Of a stretch of DNA of 37,677 bases, positions 1 to 9,886 are shown one piece after another. The DNA comes from a virus. Taxonomy: Duplodnaviria; Caudoviricetes. Below the pieces are notes generated by a model, which saw nothing but the letters and a program-made list of their open reading frames with translations, did not search any database and was not told the origin of the DNA. Position numbers and translations under genes: made by a program. The first letter of the stretch is position 1. Every line of letters begins with the position of its first letter. Location: IMG/VR virus record IMGVR_UViG_3300024324_000038, positions 1-37,677 of that record, one strand, 5' to 3'.

Positions 1-2
1 AT

Positions 3-1709
3 ATTAAAAAGAACATTAAGGACTTTTTAAGAGACCAAGACACATTTACCGACTACGATTTCGAGGGTTCTGGTATGTCTGTAATGCTTGATGTAATGGC
101 ATATACTACACACTATATCGGATTCCATGCTAATATGGCAATCAACGAGTCGTTTTTAGATACGGCAACACTTAGAAACTCGGTAGTATCTCACGCAAAG
201 ACTTTAGGATATATTCCAAAATCTGTCTCTTCTGCAGAGGCGATTGTTAAATTAACATTCAATACAACAGGACAAGATCCGACATTTATATCGGTTGATA
301 AAAATACTACATTTACTTCAAATGTAAACGGTGTCTCTCAGCAGTTTGTTACATTAGAAACTGTTAATATCTTTCCAGACGAAGGTGGTGAATTTTCAGG
401 GGAAGTAAAGGTTCACCAAGGAACAATCAAGACGTTGTCGTGGACATACGATTCTGCTAAACTAGTCCAACAGTTTTTGGTAATAGACCCTAAATGCGAT
501 AGAGAAACTATAAGTCTAACGGTTAATGCAATCCCTTGGGAACACAATCAAAACTTATCAGAATTGCTTCCTGGGTCGTTGGCATACTTCATGCAAGAAG
601 GGTTGGATTCTGTGACAGAATTATACTTCGGTAATGATATTTTTGGGAAAACCCCTAGAGATACTCATGAAATTGTAGTCGAATATTTATCTACTAACGG
701 AGAGCAAGGAAATTATATATCAACAGTTCAAGATCAAGTATTTTCTCTAGATGTTGCCATCGGTGGAATTTATGATTCAAATAGAGTTATTATTGAAACT
801 GTAAATGTTTCAAACCTTGGGTCTATGGCAGAAACTACAGATTCTATCAGAAACACTTCACCTAAGTCTTATGAAAGACAAAACCGTGCTGTAACTGCCG
901 AAGACTACAAATCTATCCTTTTAGAAAAGTATCCTAACATCGATTCCATCTCAGTATGGGGTGGTGAAGACAACGATCCTCCGCAATACGGTGCTGTGTT
1001 TATTTCAATTAAACCAAAGCACGGACTGGAGTTGTCTCCGTTGACAAAACAAAGTTTAACGAAGGATATATTATCTAAATATAATATGCTGGCAATTAAC
1101 CCTATTATTGTTACTCCAGAATACACATATATTGATATTGATACTACAGTTAAATACAATCAATTAAAAACTACATTATCTTCTGGTGAATTACAAGCAC
1201 AAATTATGGAAGAAGTTAAGTCGTTTTTTGATAATGAAATTGGACAATTTAAAGTTAATTTAAGGTTCTCTAAGTTATCACAAACGATAGATGAATCTAA
1301 TGTATCTATTAGTAATAATACAACTGCGTTGAAAATATACAAAAAGTTCTATACTCAGGCATCTAACACTGTTGGTAACTACATATTCAAATTTAACAAT
1401 AAATTAAACCCTGGATCTGCAGTATCTTCTGTTTTTGGTTCTACCGCAGATGGATCTCAAATGGCACTACTTGACGACGGTCAAGGTAATATACTGCTTT
1501 ATGATATTATTTCAGAAGGGTTTATCAGCACAACTCAAGGAACAATCGACTACGAAAACGGAGTCATTGAGTTGTCAGGATTCAACCCAGTTTTAGATAT
1601 TAATACTGTTATCAGTTTATATGCTACTCCAAAAACTAATGACATTTCAACAGTAAGGAATAATTTACTCATACTAAATAGTACAAACGTTACATTAGAA
1701 ACAATTTAA
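3..1709 (+). CDS. gp6: T4-like baseplate wedge subunit gp6 (5'-truncated)
   Basis: The frame is open upstream of the ATG at 75 (IKKNIKDFLRDQDTFTDYDFEGSGMSVMLDVMAY), matching the gp6 N-terminal DYDFEGS motif. Also QNRAVTAEDY, SVWGGEDNDPPQYGAVFISIKP and GTIDYENG. The true start lies outside the window. Confidence 0.93.
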   Translation: MKKNIKDFLRDQDTFTDYDFEGSGMSVMLDVMAYTTHYIGFHANMAINESFLDTATLRNSVVSHAKTLGYIPKSVSSAEAIVKLTFNTTGQDPTFISVDKNTTFTSNVNGVSQQFVTLETVNIFPDEGGEFSGEVKVHQGTIKTLSWTYDSAKLVQQFLVIDPKCDRETISLTVNAIPWEHNQNLSELLPGSLAYFMQEGLDSVTELYFGNDIFGKTPRDTHEIVVEYLSTNGEQGNYISTVQDQVFSLDVAIGGIYDSNRVIIETVNVSNLGSMAETTDSIRNTSPKSYERQNRAVTAEDYKSILLEKYPNIDSISVWGGEDNDPPQYGAVFISIKPKHGLELSPLTKQSLTKDILSKYNMLAINPIIVTPEYTYIDIDTTVKYNQLKTTLSSGELQAQIMEEVKSFFDNEIGQFKVNLRFSKLSQTIDESNVSISNNTTALKIYKKFYTQASNTVGNYIFKFNNKLNPGSAVSSVFGSTADGSQMALLDDGQGNILLYDIISEGFISTTQGTIDYENGVIELSGFNPVLDINTVISLYATPKTNDISTVRNNLLILNSTNVTLETI

Positions 1710-1724
1710 TAAGGCATTACCACT

Positions 1725-4700
1725 ATGAGTAATAAACAATTCACTGAAAATCCTGCGAAGTTTCTTTCTATATTTGTGGAAAGAATGGTTCCGGACTATG
1801 TTCGCGAAGACCATCCTAAATTCATCGAGTTCATGCGAGCATATTTCGAATATCTCGAAAGGGAGACTGGGGTTAATGGTGAATTGGGCGAATACAATCA
1901 AATCACAGACCTTATTGAGAATGTAGACATTGACCATGCATTGGATCAATTTATCCCGGAGTTTGAAAAGCAATACCTCCCTTCTATTCCTCATGAGTCG
2001 ATTGACCCAACAGTCAAAACAACAGATAAAGCATTTCTTGCCAAAAACATTCAAGATACATATCGAGAAAAAGGTACAGTAAAAGCAATCGACTTCTTGT
2101 TTAGAAGAGACTTCAATACTGAAGCAAATATTATATACCCTAAACAGTACATGATGCAAGCATCTGGTTCTGTGTGGTATGAACCAAAATGGATTCTTGT
2201 GTCCGGCGACGCAGATAACATTTATCAATTATACGATAAGAAAATTGTGGGTCAAACATCAGGTGCAACTGCATTTGTCGATATCGACGTTTCGTTGAAG
2301 ATGGCAGAATACGAAAAACTTTTGATTACGGAAGTTGAAGGTTCTTTTTTACAAGGCGAAGAAGTTTGGGAAGATGTTGGATCTAGTGGACGCGATCCAA
2401 TTAAAGTTTCAGTAACGTCAGACGGCATTGTCGCTCCAGGTACTTGTTATTTAAACGGTGTTGCTTGGGCAAGTGAAACTCAAGGAAACGCACCAGAAAC
2501 TAGAAACGATTGTGAAGCACACATATCTCAAGAAGGGGTAAATACTTCAGTTTGGTTACCTAATGGTTATTGGTTAGATTCTGGAGGTTTCCTTTCATCT
2601 GATAGAAAACTACAAGATAATAATTATTATCAAGACTTCTCGTATGTTGTACGTTCTGAAGTTCCCGTTCAATCTTACCGTGAAGTATTAAAGAAATTAG
2701 TTCACCCTGTTGGACTTAAATTGTTTGCTGAATATATGTTCCAGTCAACGGTTGAGATGGACATTTCACTACCAGAAAACTTCTCAAAATACCTAATATC
2801 AATATTCACATATTTAGATGTTGGAATGGATATTTGGGATGCAGAAAGTCAGCAACACGGTACTCTCGGTCATGCACATACTGGGTTTGGAGTATTCCTT
2901 GAAGAAGGGTTTAACAATAGAGTTGTTGAAATTCTTAAGAACCTTGACGTTAAAACAGGATTAGTACCTACAGAATTGTGGGCATTCACTAACGACGTTG
3001 TTCATCAAGCACATCCAGAAGATCACTTCCAAATTTCAATAGCCAATCCTGACCCTCAATTCTTGGGTAATAGAGTACAAGAAAAGTTATACACCATCAG
3101 TACAATGAATGATGACATTCGTAACTTTATGGATGCATTTCCAGAAACGTTGGTTCTTGAATTTGAACGTCAACTACGTGTATTAGATTTCACGTCGTTA
3201 CCTGGTGCGGCTGCAGTATTAGAAATTTTCGACAATATCAATAATGCCACAGACGGCGGAATGATTGGTTGTGAAGTTTGGGAATTACTTGTATCACAAG
3301 GTATGGAATCAATCCTTAAATGGATTGAATCTTTTGTTGCTGTTGCAGATTATGCTCCAGACACATCATATAAAACGTGGGAATTGAATAGAGAAAATTC
3401 AAGTGTACAACACGTTTATGGGCTTGCTTGTGATATTATTGACTCAGTTCCTATTAGTTCATTCGCTATTGATTCTGGTGAAAGATTTCATGCTCATGGT
3501 GGAATAGGTGGATTTGCACCGTTGGTCGAAACTACAGTAACTAAAGGATTTGAATTACCTGTTATGAATGTGAACATCTCTGCATTTCATACGCACTATT
3601 TTGACGGAACAGAAATTAAAAATTTAATTGTTCATGGCAAAGAAGTTACTGCTAGAGGAATTAATTATTCCGAAGCACGAGCATTAATGAACGAGGATTA
3701 TTTCGAAATTCCTCACATGCATGGTGCTAACCTTGTTTGTGGTGGTATTATGACTCCTCCGTTATGGGGTGACTGGGTCGATTCAGTTCAAGATCCTCGT
3801 TATAACGGTGTTGGAGAATGTTTCAATTCTATTTACGAAAATGAGACAGATTGTGTAGGTTTCTACGGAGACCCTATGTTCTGGATGAGTCCAATGTGTT
3901 CTGATATGTCTTCTCCAGATGAAGCAACTTGTCACACAAACGAACAATCGTGGGGTTATTTCACACTTGCTGAATTACCACCACTTAAAGGTCACGTATC
4001 TTACTTCGTTAAAGGAGAATTAGTAGACAGACAACGTGGTCGATATGCGGATCCTTTAACAAGAAAACAAGCAAGACAATTGATTGACGGTGATATTGCT
4101 TCTGTAACACTTTACGATAACGTTGGTGCTTTAGATAACGACGGAAATCCAACATACGATGAATTTGAAATTACTATTGGTGGAACAATTACAAACATTC
4201 GTGGAGAAATTACTAGTGGTCACTATCACGAATATACAGTAACTTACGACGAGGATTGGAAAACTAAACAAGATTGGCGTGGTGCTGATATGACTCATGG
4301 TTTTGTTTACACACCAGTAACTACTTGGTTGTGTTTCAACTACCAACCTTCGTTACCTGTAGATGAAACTATTATGGGTGGAATGGATTTCACTGGCGCT
4401 CAATGGCCACAAAATGTATTCATGGATGTTCCAGATTCATACGTTGGTGGATTCTTAAACAATCCTGATATCACATTACAACACAATCAAGTATGGGCAG
4501 AAGACTTGAATCCTAATGTTGATGTGGTTGAAATTTATTCATCAAATCATATTGCGGAAGTTCCAGGTGTTGGAGCTACTGGCGATTTAATTGGTGTAGA
4601 AAATATCGGTGTTGATACTGACATTGCTACGATTGAAGCATATCCTGCCGATGACGCAGGTTCTGCTGATGCATTTATTGCTATTGTTGACCAATCGGGT

Positions 4701-7700
4701 ATTATTAAGTTGATTAACGAAACTGATAATTCACAAAGTACATTTATGGACTTGACTTCATTACAACATGTTATTGGATTAGGTCCGTTTGGGAATTACG
4801 ACGAACGTGGTGTACTAGGTTTAGCATTCCATCCAGATTATGTCAATAATGGTAAATTCTACGTTTACTATATGACAGAGCAAGGTGGAGGCACAGGTGC
4901 TTGGGGATTCCCATTATCTACGACGGTTATATCTGAATTTTCAACTCATATTAACGGAAGTGCTATTGTCTCGGCCGCAGGACATAACGTTGGTCAATTA
5001 TCAACAGAAAGAGTATTGCTGACTATTCCACAACCAGACTTTAACCACAATGGTGGTGAGTTGTCATTTGGACCTGATGGGTTCTTATATATCGGTTTAG
5101 GTGATGGTGGTTCTGCTGGTGACGTATCGTGGGCAAGTGGTCATGGAGGTCATGGTGCTTACGGTAATGCTCAGAACCCTACAAACTTATTAGGTAACAT
5201 TCTAAGAATTGATGTAACGGAAGATACTGTTAATAGTATGCCGTACACAATTCCTGCGGATAACCCATTCATTAATTCAATTTATAAAGAAGGTCAACCA
5301 GAGGCAACACCGTTCAGACCAGAAATATTTGCTTATGGATTTAGAAATCCGTGGAGATTCTCTTTCGCACAAGACGGAAAGTTATGGTGTGCTGATGTTG
5401 GACAAGATAAATTCGAAGAAATTAATATCGTAGAAAAGGGTGGTAACTACGGTTGGAGAGTATTAGAAGCATATCACGAATATGAAGAAGACCAAGCAAT
5501 CATTGACCAAATTGCTATTGATTTAGGGTTTGAAACTACTCTTGCATATTTAAATTCATTGAAAGCCCCTATTCACGAATATTCTCATGGAACTGGCATT
5601 TCAATTTTAGGTGGGTTTGTTTATAAAGGTTCAATTACCGCATTGCAAGGTAAATATATATTTGGCGATTGGTCAACTTCTTGGACAGGTACAGACGGAC
5701 ATTTATACACATTGACTGAAAACTTTGATGGTAATTCAGCAAGTTTTAACGTATTAGCAAATGCTGTTAATGGAGCATCACACGGACATACATTTTCATT
5801 GACAGGTTCTCAAGTACAATACTTAAAGGATAATCCTGGGTCAACAACTACTGCATTACAAACAGACACAGTTCATGCTGAATTTTATACTCATTTATTC
5901 ACGGTATTGTGGAGTTCATCTAATCAAGAATTTTTCATTGTTGGTCAAACTAACACTGAAGGACACGATGTATTAGAATTTATTGAATATGGTTCTGATT
6001 TATCATATGATAGAACCCCATTGTCGATTTGGGATCCTGTTACTGAAACAGTAGACTTGACTACTATGGGAGAATCAATTCTTACTATGGGAGAAACTAA
6101 TTCTGGAGAAATTGTATTTTCTACTAGAGTTGGCATTGACACGTTCCGAGGGTCGGGTGCCAACAATACTAATTTGTATAAAATTACAAGTTCGTATAAT
6201 ACTGCAGATATACCTACCGCAAACACACAAATTCCAGCAATGGAAGTTGCACACGTACATGGATATGAAGTCACATGGGATAAAGAAACTCAATCATTCA
6301 ATTCTATAGAAGTATCAGATATTCAAATGGATAACTACGATGCGTTCTGGCCTGAGTGGACTTGGAACGATCCTGCATCTCATATTCATCCAGTAGATAC
6401 AGTTTGGTCTCATAAACTAGATCAACAAATACCTCTAGGTTCTTCTGCTGGATGGCATTTAAACCCAGAAACAAACACTTGGGAACCTTATGATATTGGA
6501 GCAGATACTGCTTGGGCACCTCCAGTTGTAGAAGAAGGTGGTTATGTATATATTTCAAACGCTCCTTCGATTTCAGTACAATCGTCAAATGAGTACGCTA
6601 AATCTGCACACGTTCATTATTTTAATGACGTTTATCTTGATACGTTTGGTGCTAATTATGGACGAAAGTCTTCTACACTTTCTAGGTTTGATGCTGAAGT
6701 GTTGGCAAATGATGCTGATCCATTAGCATTTCACACATTATACAGTTCAATTTCTGTCGAAAGTGATAAAAGACATTATCACGAATACGAAATTTCATAT
6801 TCAGTCGCTTCAAAACAATTTATTGCTATTGAAGTTGCTGAGTGGCACGAACCTACTTTAGGAACAGGCGAGTTCTTTAAATTAGACATGCAAACACACG
6901 AACATCCAATGACTGTAGACGGAATCATGACTGCAATCGGTTGGTCGGGATTGCCAGTATTTGATGCTCCGACAATAAATATTTCAGGAGCACACAACTG
7001 GAACAATCTTACTGGTTCTCAGCCAGATCATTATCATTATTTTAATGGCGATGCATTAGACACAGCAGGTCCGAATACAGATAGAACTGCAATCGCTTTG
7101 AACAATGAAGAAACAACTAATTTGATGAACGGAACGTTTGACGAAGTTATTTTATATTCTTCTGTTTCTTCAGACCATTATCATGGATATCGTGTTACGT
7201 ACGATGGTCCGTCTAATACAATTAATGCTGAGGAAATTTCAGAATGGATAACGTCTGATGGAGAACAATACTTTTTATATAACCCATCTAGACATAAACA
7301 TGGAACAACTGTTAATGGACTTGGTTCAAGCACGGGTTACAATCAAACTATCACTTCTAATGATTTGCCTGATTTTGAGTCTCCATCTTATCCGTATCCC
7401 GGAGGTTCGCATCCACATTTTCACAACAACACTATTGTAGGACCTTTTCCTGACGGTCATGTAGATTATGCTCATGGGTTAAATGTAACAGAAGCACAAC
7501 AACTGATTGACGGTGTGACCGATTCTGTAATTATTTACGATTCTATTGAGGGTGCTCATTTTCACGAATATGTAATTAAGTGGGACGACCCTCAAGATAA
7601 GTTTTATGTTGAATCGTCAATAACTTGGATTCGTGGTGGTATTGAAGATGCATATCAAGATTCTGGAAAGTATTATGTTTCGGTAGTATTGAATGAATCT

Positions 7701-8786
7701 GAAGGTCTTCATTGGCACAATTTAACAGTTGAATGGAATCCAGATGACGCTGCAACTCCGCAACAAACTGGAGGAGCAATTTATATTACTCGTACAGTTA
7801 ATACCGATGAAGTTTTAGTTGGTTCTCCTCAGGTTGACGTAACAGAGCAAAGTACAGAATTAAACCCTGTAACAACAAATTACACAGACACACCAAATGC
7901 TGGAGATACAACAGTAATTGTTACATATTCGGATCAAGTGAATACTACTGTCACAACAACAACTCCAACAACAACGACAACGACGGTAACTACGTATTTG
8001 TCAAACGGAACAGACAGTGATATTGTATTGGCACCTGTCGTTACAAACGAAGTGACTCAAAATTCAACTTCTGATATTGTTGAAGATTTAACTGAAAGAA
8101 AAACTTTTGTTAATGATGTATTACAAGCAAACAATCCTCCAGTTATTTGGATTGACCCAACGTTTATTGACGGAGAGGGGTCTCACGATCACTTACTATA
8201 CTCAGGGTGTACACTTGATACCGACGGTGTCTTTGTTGGACGTATGTGTGAACCAATAAGTTTATCGCAAGCAAATATGTTGATTAATGCTCAAGACTCA
8301 TCGTATGGTTTGGTTTTTTACGATTCACCAAACGGCAACATGGCACATTATCATAGTTATGCGTTGAAATTCAATCCAAATATTGGAGACGATGGTGCGT
8401 TTACTATTAGTGCTATTAGTCAATTTGATAGATTAGGTGGATCCGGAACAACAGTTCATAAATTTAAATTATCTGGTGGATTTCATACACACGATTATGT
8501 TATGACTCCAGAAGAATATGTTTTGCTTGTTACTGGTTCTAATATCACTATGCAACAACAAGATGCTATTCATGCTGAATTATATACGCACGATGTTACG
8601 GTATCTTATTCTGGTGGGGTTTATGGACTTGTTGGTCAGACAAGTGATTTTGATAATCATAACACAATAACGTATCAAGGTTCTGTTGCGTCGGGCGGTG
8701 AGTGGATTGAGACAGCAGTCCAACCCGGCGACCATATCCATACAACAATTATTGATGATTCAAACGTATGGCCAGTGCCAGTATAA
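1725..8786 (+). CDS. gp7: gp7-like baseplate wedge initiator with a very long C-terminal extension (HxH repeats, GSDH/PQQ-type beta-propeller, Thr-rich tract)
   Basis: Lies between gp6 and gp8. N-terminal PDYVREDHPKFIEFMRAYFEYLE, YREKGT and GYWLDSGGFLSSDRKLQDNNYYQDFSYVVRS...LVHPVG are typical of marine T4-like gp7. The remainder is accessory domains. Confidence 0.85.
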   Translation: MSNKQFTENPAKFLSIFVERMVPDYVREDHPKFIEFMRAYFEYLERETGVNGELGEYNQITDLIENVDIDHALDQFIPEFEKQYLPSIPHESIDPTVKTTDKAFLAKNIQDTYREKGTVKAIDFLFRRDFNTEANIIYPKQYMMQASGSVWYEPKWILVSGDADNIYQLYDKKIVGQTSGATAFVDIDVSLKMAEYEKLLITEVEGSFLQGEEVWEDVGSSGRDPIKVSVTSDGIVAPGTCYLNGVAWASETQGNAPETRNDCEAHISQEGVNTSVWLPNGYWLDSGGFLSSDRKLQDNNYYQDFSYVVRSEVPVQSYREVLKKLVHPVGLKLFAEYMFQSTVEMDISLPENFSKYLISIFTYLDVGMDIWDAESQQHGTLGHAHTGFGVFLEEGFNNRVVEILKNLDVKTGLVPTELWAFTNDVVHQAHPEDHFQISIANPDPQFLGNRVQEKLYTISTMNDDIRNFMDAFPETLVLEFERQLRVLDFTSLPGAAAVLEIFDNINNATDGGMIGCEVWELLVSQGMESILKWIESFVAVADYAPDTSYKTWELNRENSSVQHVYGLACDIIDSVPISSFAIDSGERFHAHGGIGGFAPLVETTVTKGFELPVMNVNISAFHTHYFDGTEIKNLIVHGKEVTARGINYSEARALMNEDYFEIPHMHGANLVCGGIMTPPLWGDWVDSVQDPRYNGVGECFNSIYENETDCVGFYGDPMFWMSPMCSDMSSPDEATCHTNEQSWGYFTLAELPPLKGHVSYFVKGELVDRQRGRYADPLTRKQARQLIDGDIASVTLYDNVGALDNDGNPTYDEFEITIGGTITNIRGEITSGHYHEYTVTYDEDWKTKQDWRGADMTHGFVYTPVTTWLCFNYQPSLPVDETIMGGMDFTGAQWPQNVFMDVPDSYVGGFLNNPDITLQHNQVWAEDLNPNVDVVEIYSSNHIAEVPGVGATGDLIGVENIGVDTDIATIEAYPADDAGSADAFIAIVDQSGIIKLINETDNSQSTFMDLTSLQHVIGLGPFGNYDERGVLGLAFHPDYVNNGKFYVYYMTEQGGGTGAWGFPLSTTVISEFSTHINGSAIVSAAGHNVGQLSTERVLLTIPQPDFNHNGGELSFGPDGFLYIGLGDGGSAGDVSWASGHGGHGAYGNAQNPTNLLGNILRIDVTEDTVNSMPYTIPADNPFINSIYKEGQPEATPFRPEIFAYGFRNPWRFSFAQDGKLWCADVGQDKFEEINIVEKGGNYGWRVLEAYHEYEEDQAIIDQIAIDLGFETTLAYLNSLKAPIHEYSHGTGISILGGFVYKGSITALQGKYIFGDWSTSWTGTDGHLYTLTENFDGNSASFNVLANAVNGASHGHTFSLTGSQVQYLKDNPGSTTTALQTDTVHAEFYTHLFTVLWSSSNQEFFIVGQTNTEGHDVLEFIEYGSDLSYDRTPLSIWDPVTETVDLTTMGESILTMGETNSGEIVFSTRVGIDTFRGSGANNTNLYKITSSYNTADIPTANTQIPAMEVAHVHGYEVTWDKETQSFNSIEVSDIQMDNYDAFWPEWTWNDPASHIHPVDTVWSHKLDQQIPLGSSAGWHLNPETNTWEPYDIGADTAWAPPVVEEGGYVYISNAPSISVQSSNEYAKSAHVHYFNDVYLDTFGANYGRKSSTLSRFDAEVLANDADPLAFHTLYSSISVESDKRHYHEYEISYSVASKQFIAIEVAEWHEPTLGTGEFFKLDMQTHEHPMTVDGIMTAIGWSGLPVFDAPTINISGAHNWNNLTGSQPDHYHYFNGDALDTAGPNTDRTAIALNNEETTNLMNGTFDEVILYSSVSSDHYHGYRVTYDGPSNTINAEEISEWITSDGEQYFLYNPSRHKHGTTVNGLGSSTGYNQTITSNDLPDFESPSYPYPGGSHPHFHNNTIVGPFPDGHVDYAHGLNVTEAQQLIDGVTDSVIIYDSIEGAHFHEYVIKWDDPQDKFYVESSITWIRGGIEDAYQDSGKYYVSVVLNESEGLHWHNLTVEWNPDDAATPQQTGGAIYITRTVNTDEVLVGSPQVDVTEQSTELNPVTTNYTDTPNAGDTTVIVTYSDQVNTTVTTTTPTTTTTTVTTYLSNGTDSDIVLAPVVTNEVTQNSTSDIVEDLTERKTFVNDVLQANNPPVIWIDPTFIDGEGSHDHLLYSGCTLDTDGVFVGRMCEPISLSQANMLINAQDSSYGLVFYDSPNGNMAHYHSYALKFNPNIGDDGAFTISAISQFDRLGGSGTTVHKFKLSGGFHTHDYVMTPEEYVLLVTGSNITMQQQDAIHAELYTHDVTVSYSGGVYGLVGQTSDFDNHNTITYQGSVASGGEWIETAVQPGDHIHTTIIDDSNVWPVPV
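4611..6125 (+). other. Glucose/sorbosone dehydrogenase (GSDH, PQQ-dependent sugar dehydrogenase/HHIP-like) six-bladed propeller domain inside gp7
   Basis: Ordered motifs ERGVLGLAFHPDY, NHNGGELSFGPDGFLYIGLGDGG, GNILRIDV, IPADNPF, EIFAYGFRNPWRFSF, DVGQDKFEEIN, GGNYGW, GGFVYKG, GKYIFGD and ILTMGETNSGEIVF. Boundaries approximate. Confidence 0.88.
7941..7995 (+). repeat. ACA/ACG-rich low-complexity tract encoding a Thr-rich segment (NTTVTTTTPTTTTTTVTT)
   Basis: Read directly from the sequence and the gp7 translation. Confidence 0.8.
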
Positions 8787-8841
8787 ATAGAGTATATAAA
8801 GGGATTTTATACAAAAATAGTATAAATATTAATTATAAATA
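8782..8841 (+). promoter_or_regulatory. Three T4-type late promoter boxes (TATAAATA) upstream of gp8
   Basis: Exact TATAAATA at 8782-8789, 8821-8828 and 8834-8841; SD AGGAG at 8862-8866. Confidence 0.8.
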
Positions 8842-8872
8842 GTTCGTAAGTAATTTTTCAAAGGAGAAAAAA

Positions 8873-9886
8873 ATGGGTGCAATCGTAACCAGTAAATTTA
8901 GAACTCAAAACTTGATGGTATTCATTGACCAGTTCAAAACGACAGGTAATGCATTAACAGACAACTTCTTGTATTTGGGATTTGGTAGAAGCGAACCGTG
9001 GGCTAATGATGCTCAAGGTTTTGATGAAGGTAATGGTAGTTTTACTCTTCCAGATCCTTTAGACGAAGACGAAAGTCAATATTGGATAGATATTGTCGGA
9101 GCTAAACGTATCCAGAATGACGATATTTCTCCTGTACTTCCTCGTACAGATTGGGATAAGGGTGACCCGTATGCCTTTGATGGTGATGCCGATAACGGTA
9201 TTGCTGGAATTTCAGAGCCTGGTCGTTCTTTCGTATCAAAAACTGGATTACATTCAGTAGTAATGAATTCTGAATATAGAGTTTACATGTGTGTTGGTGA
9301 ACCAGCAACTGGAAAATGTTACACAGGTGGTTTATATGACAACGGTCAATCTACATCACGTAATGCATGTGAATCGACTTCTGGTGGTCTTTGGTTACCG
9401 ACTGGTGCTTCTGAAGAGCCACAAGGTTTCACTGGAGATGCTTCTGGTGCAACATCGCAAAATATTACTACTGCTGATAATTATGTGTGGAAGTTCTTAT
9501 ACAAATTAGAATTAAACGACATTATTAACTCAACTACTAATGATTGGATGCCAGTTATTTATGGTGATGCTGTTGGAGCATCTACTGAGCAATATACTCA
9601 TGGTGATCCAGATGCGATTTTCTCTGCAAAATGCCATCACGGATTGATTCACGTTCGCCTTGAAACTAGTGATGGTTTCCCAGATAACGACGACTTCCGT
9701 CAAATTGGTTTATTGCGTAACCCTGAGTTGACTGCTGACGGTTCTGCAGCTCAATCTGCAGTATATCCAGACGCAGCTAATTCATTAGCAGATGATACTG
9801 GACAATTGATTTATCTTGAAAATCGTCGTGCTATTACACGTGCTCCGGATCAAATTGAAGACCTAAAATTGGTTGTTGAATTCTAA
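8873..9886 (+). CDS. gp8: T4-like baseplate wedge subunit gp8
   Basis: MGAIVTSKFR start, YLGFGRSEPW, VMNSEYRVYMC, DNYVWKFLY, DFRQIGLLRNP and C-terminal IYLENRRAITRAPDQIEDLKLVVEF. Confidence 0.92.
   Translation: MGAIVTSKFRTQNLMVFIDQFKTTGNALTDNFLYLGFGRSEPWANDAQGFDEGNGSFTLPDPLDEDESQYWIDIVGAKRIQNDDISPVLPRTDWDKGDPYAFDGDADNGIAGISEPGRSFVSKTGLHSVVMNSEYRVYMCVGEPATGKCYTGGLYDNGQSTSRNACESTSGGLWLPTGASEEPQGFTGDASGATSQNITTADNYVWKFLYKLELNDIINSTTNDWMPVIYGDAVGASTEQYTHGDPDAIFSAKCHHGLIHVRLETSDGFPDNDDFRQIGLLRNPELTADGSAAQSAVYPDAANSLADDTGQLIYLENRRAITRAPDQIEDLKLVVEF

Noticed and set aside
75-77. ATG 75 as the gp6 start
   Set aside because: Conserved gp6 sequence (FTDYDFEGS) continues in frame to the window edge.
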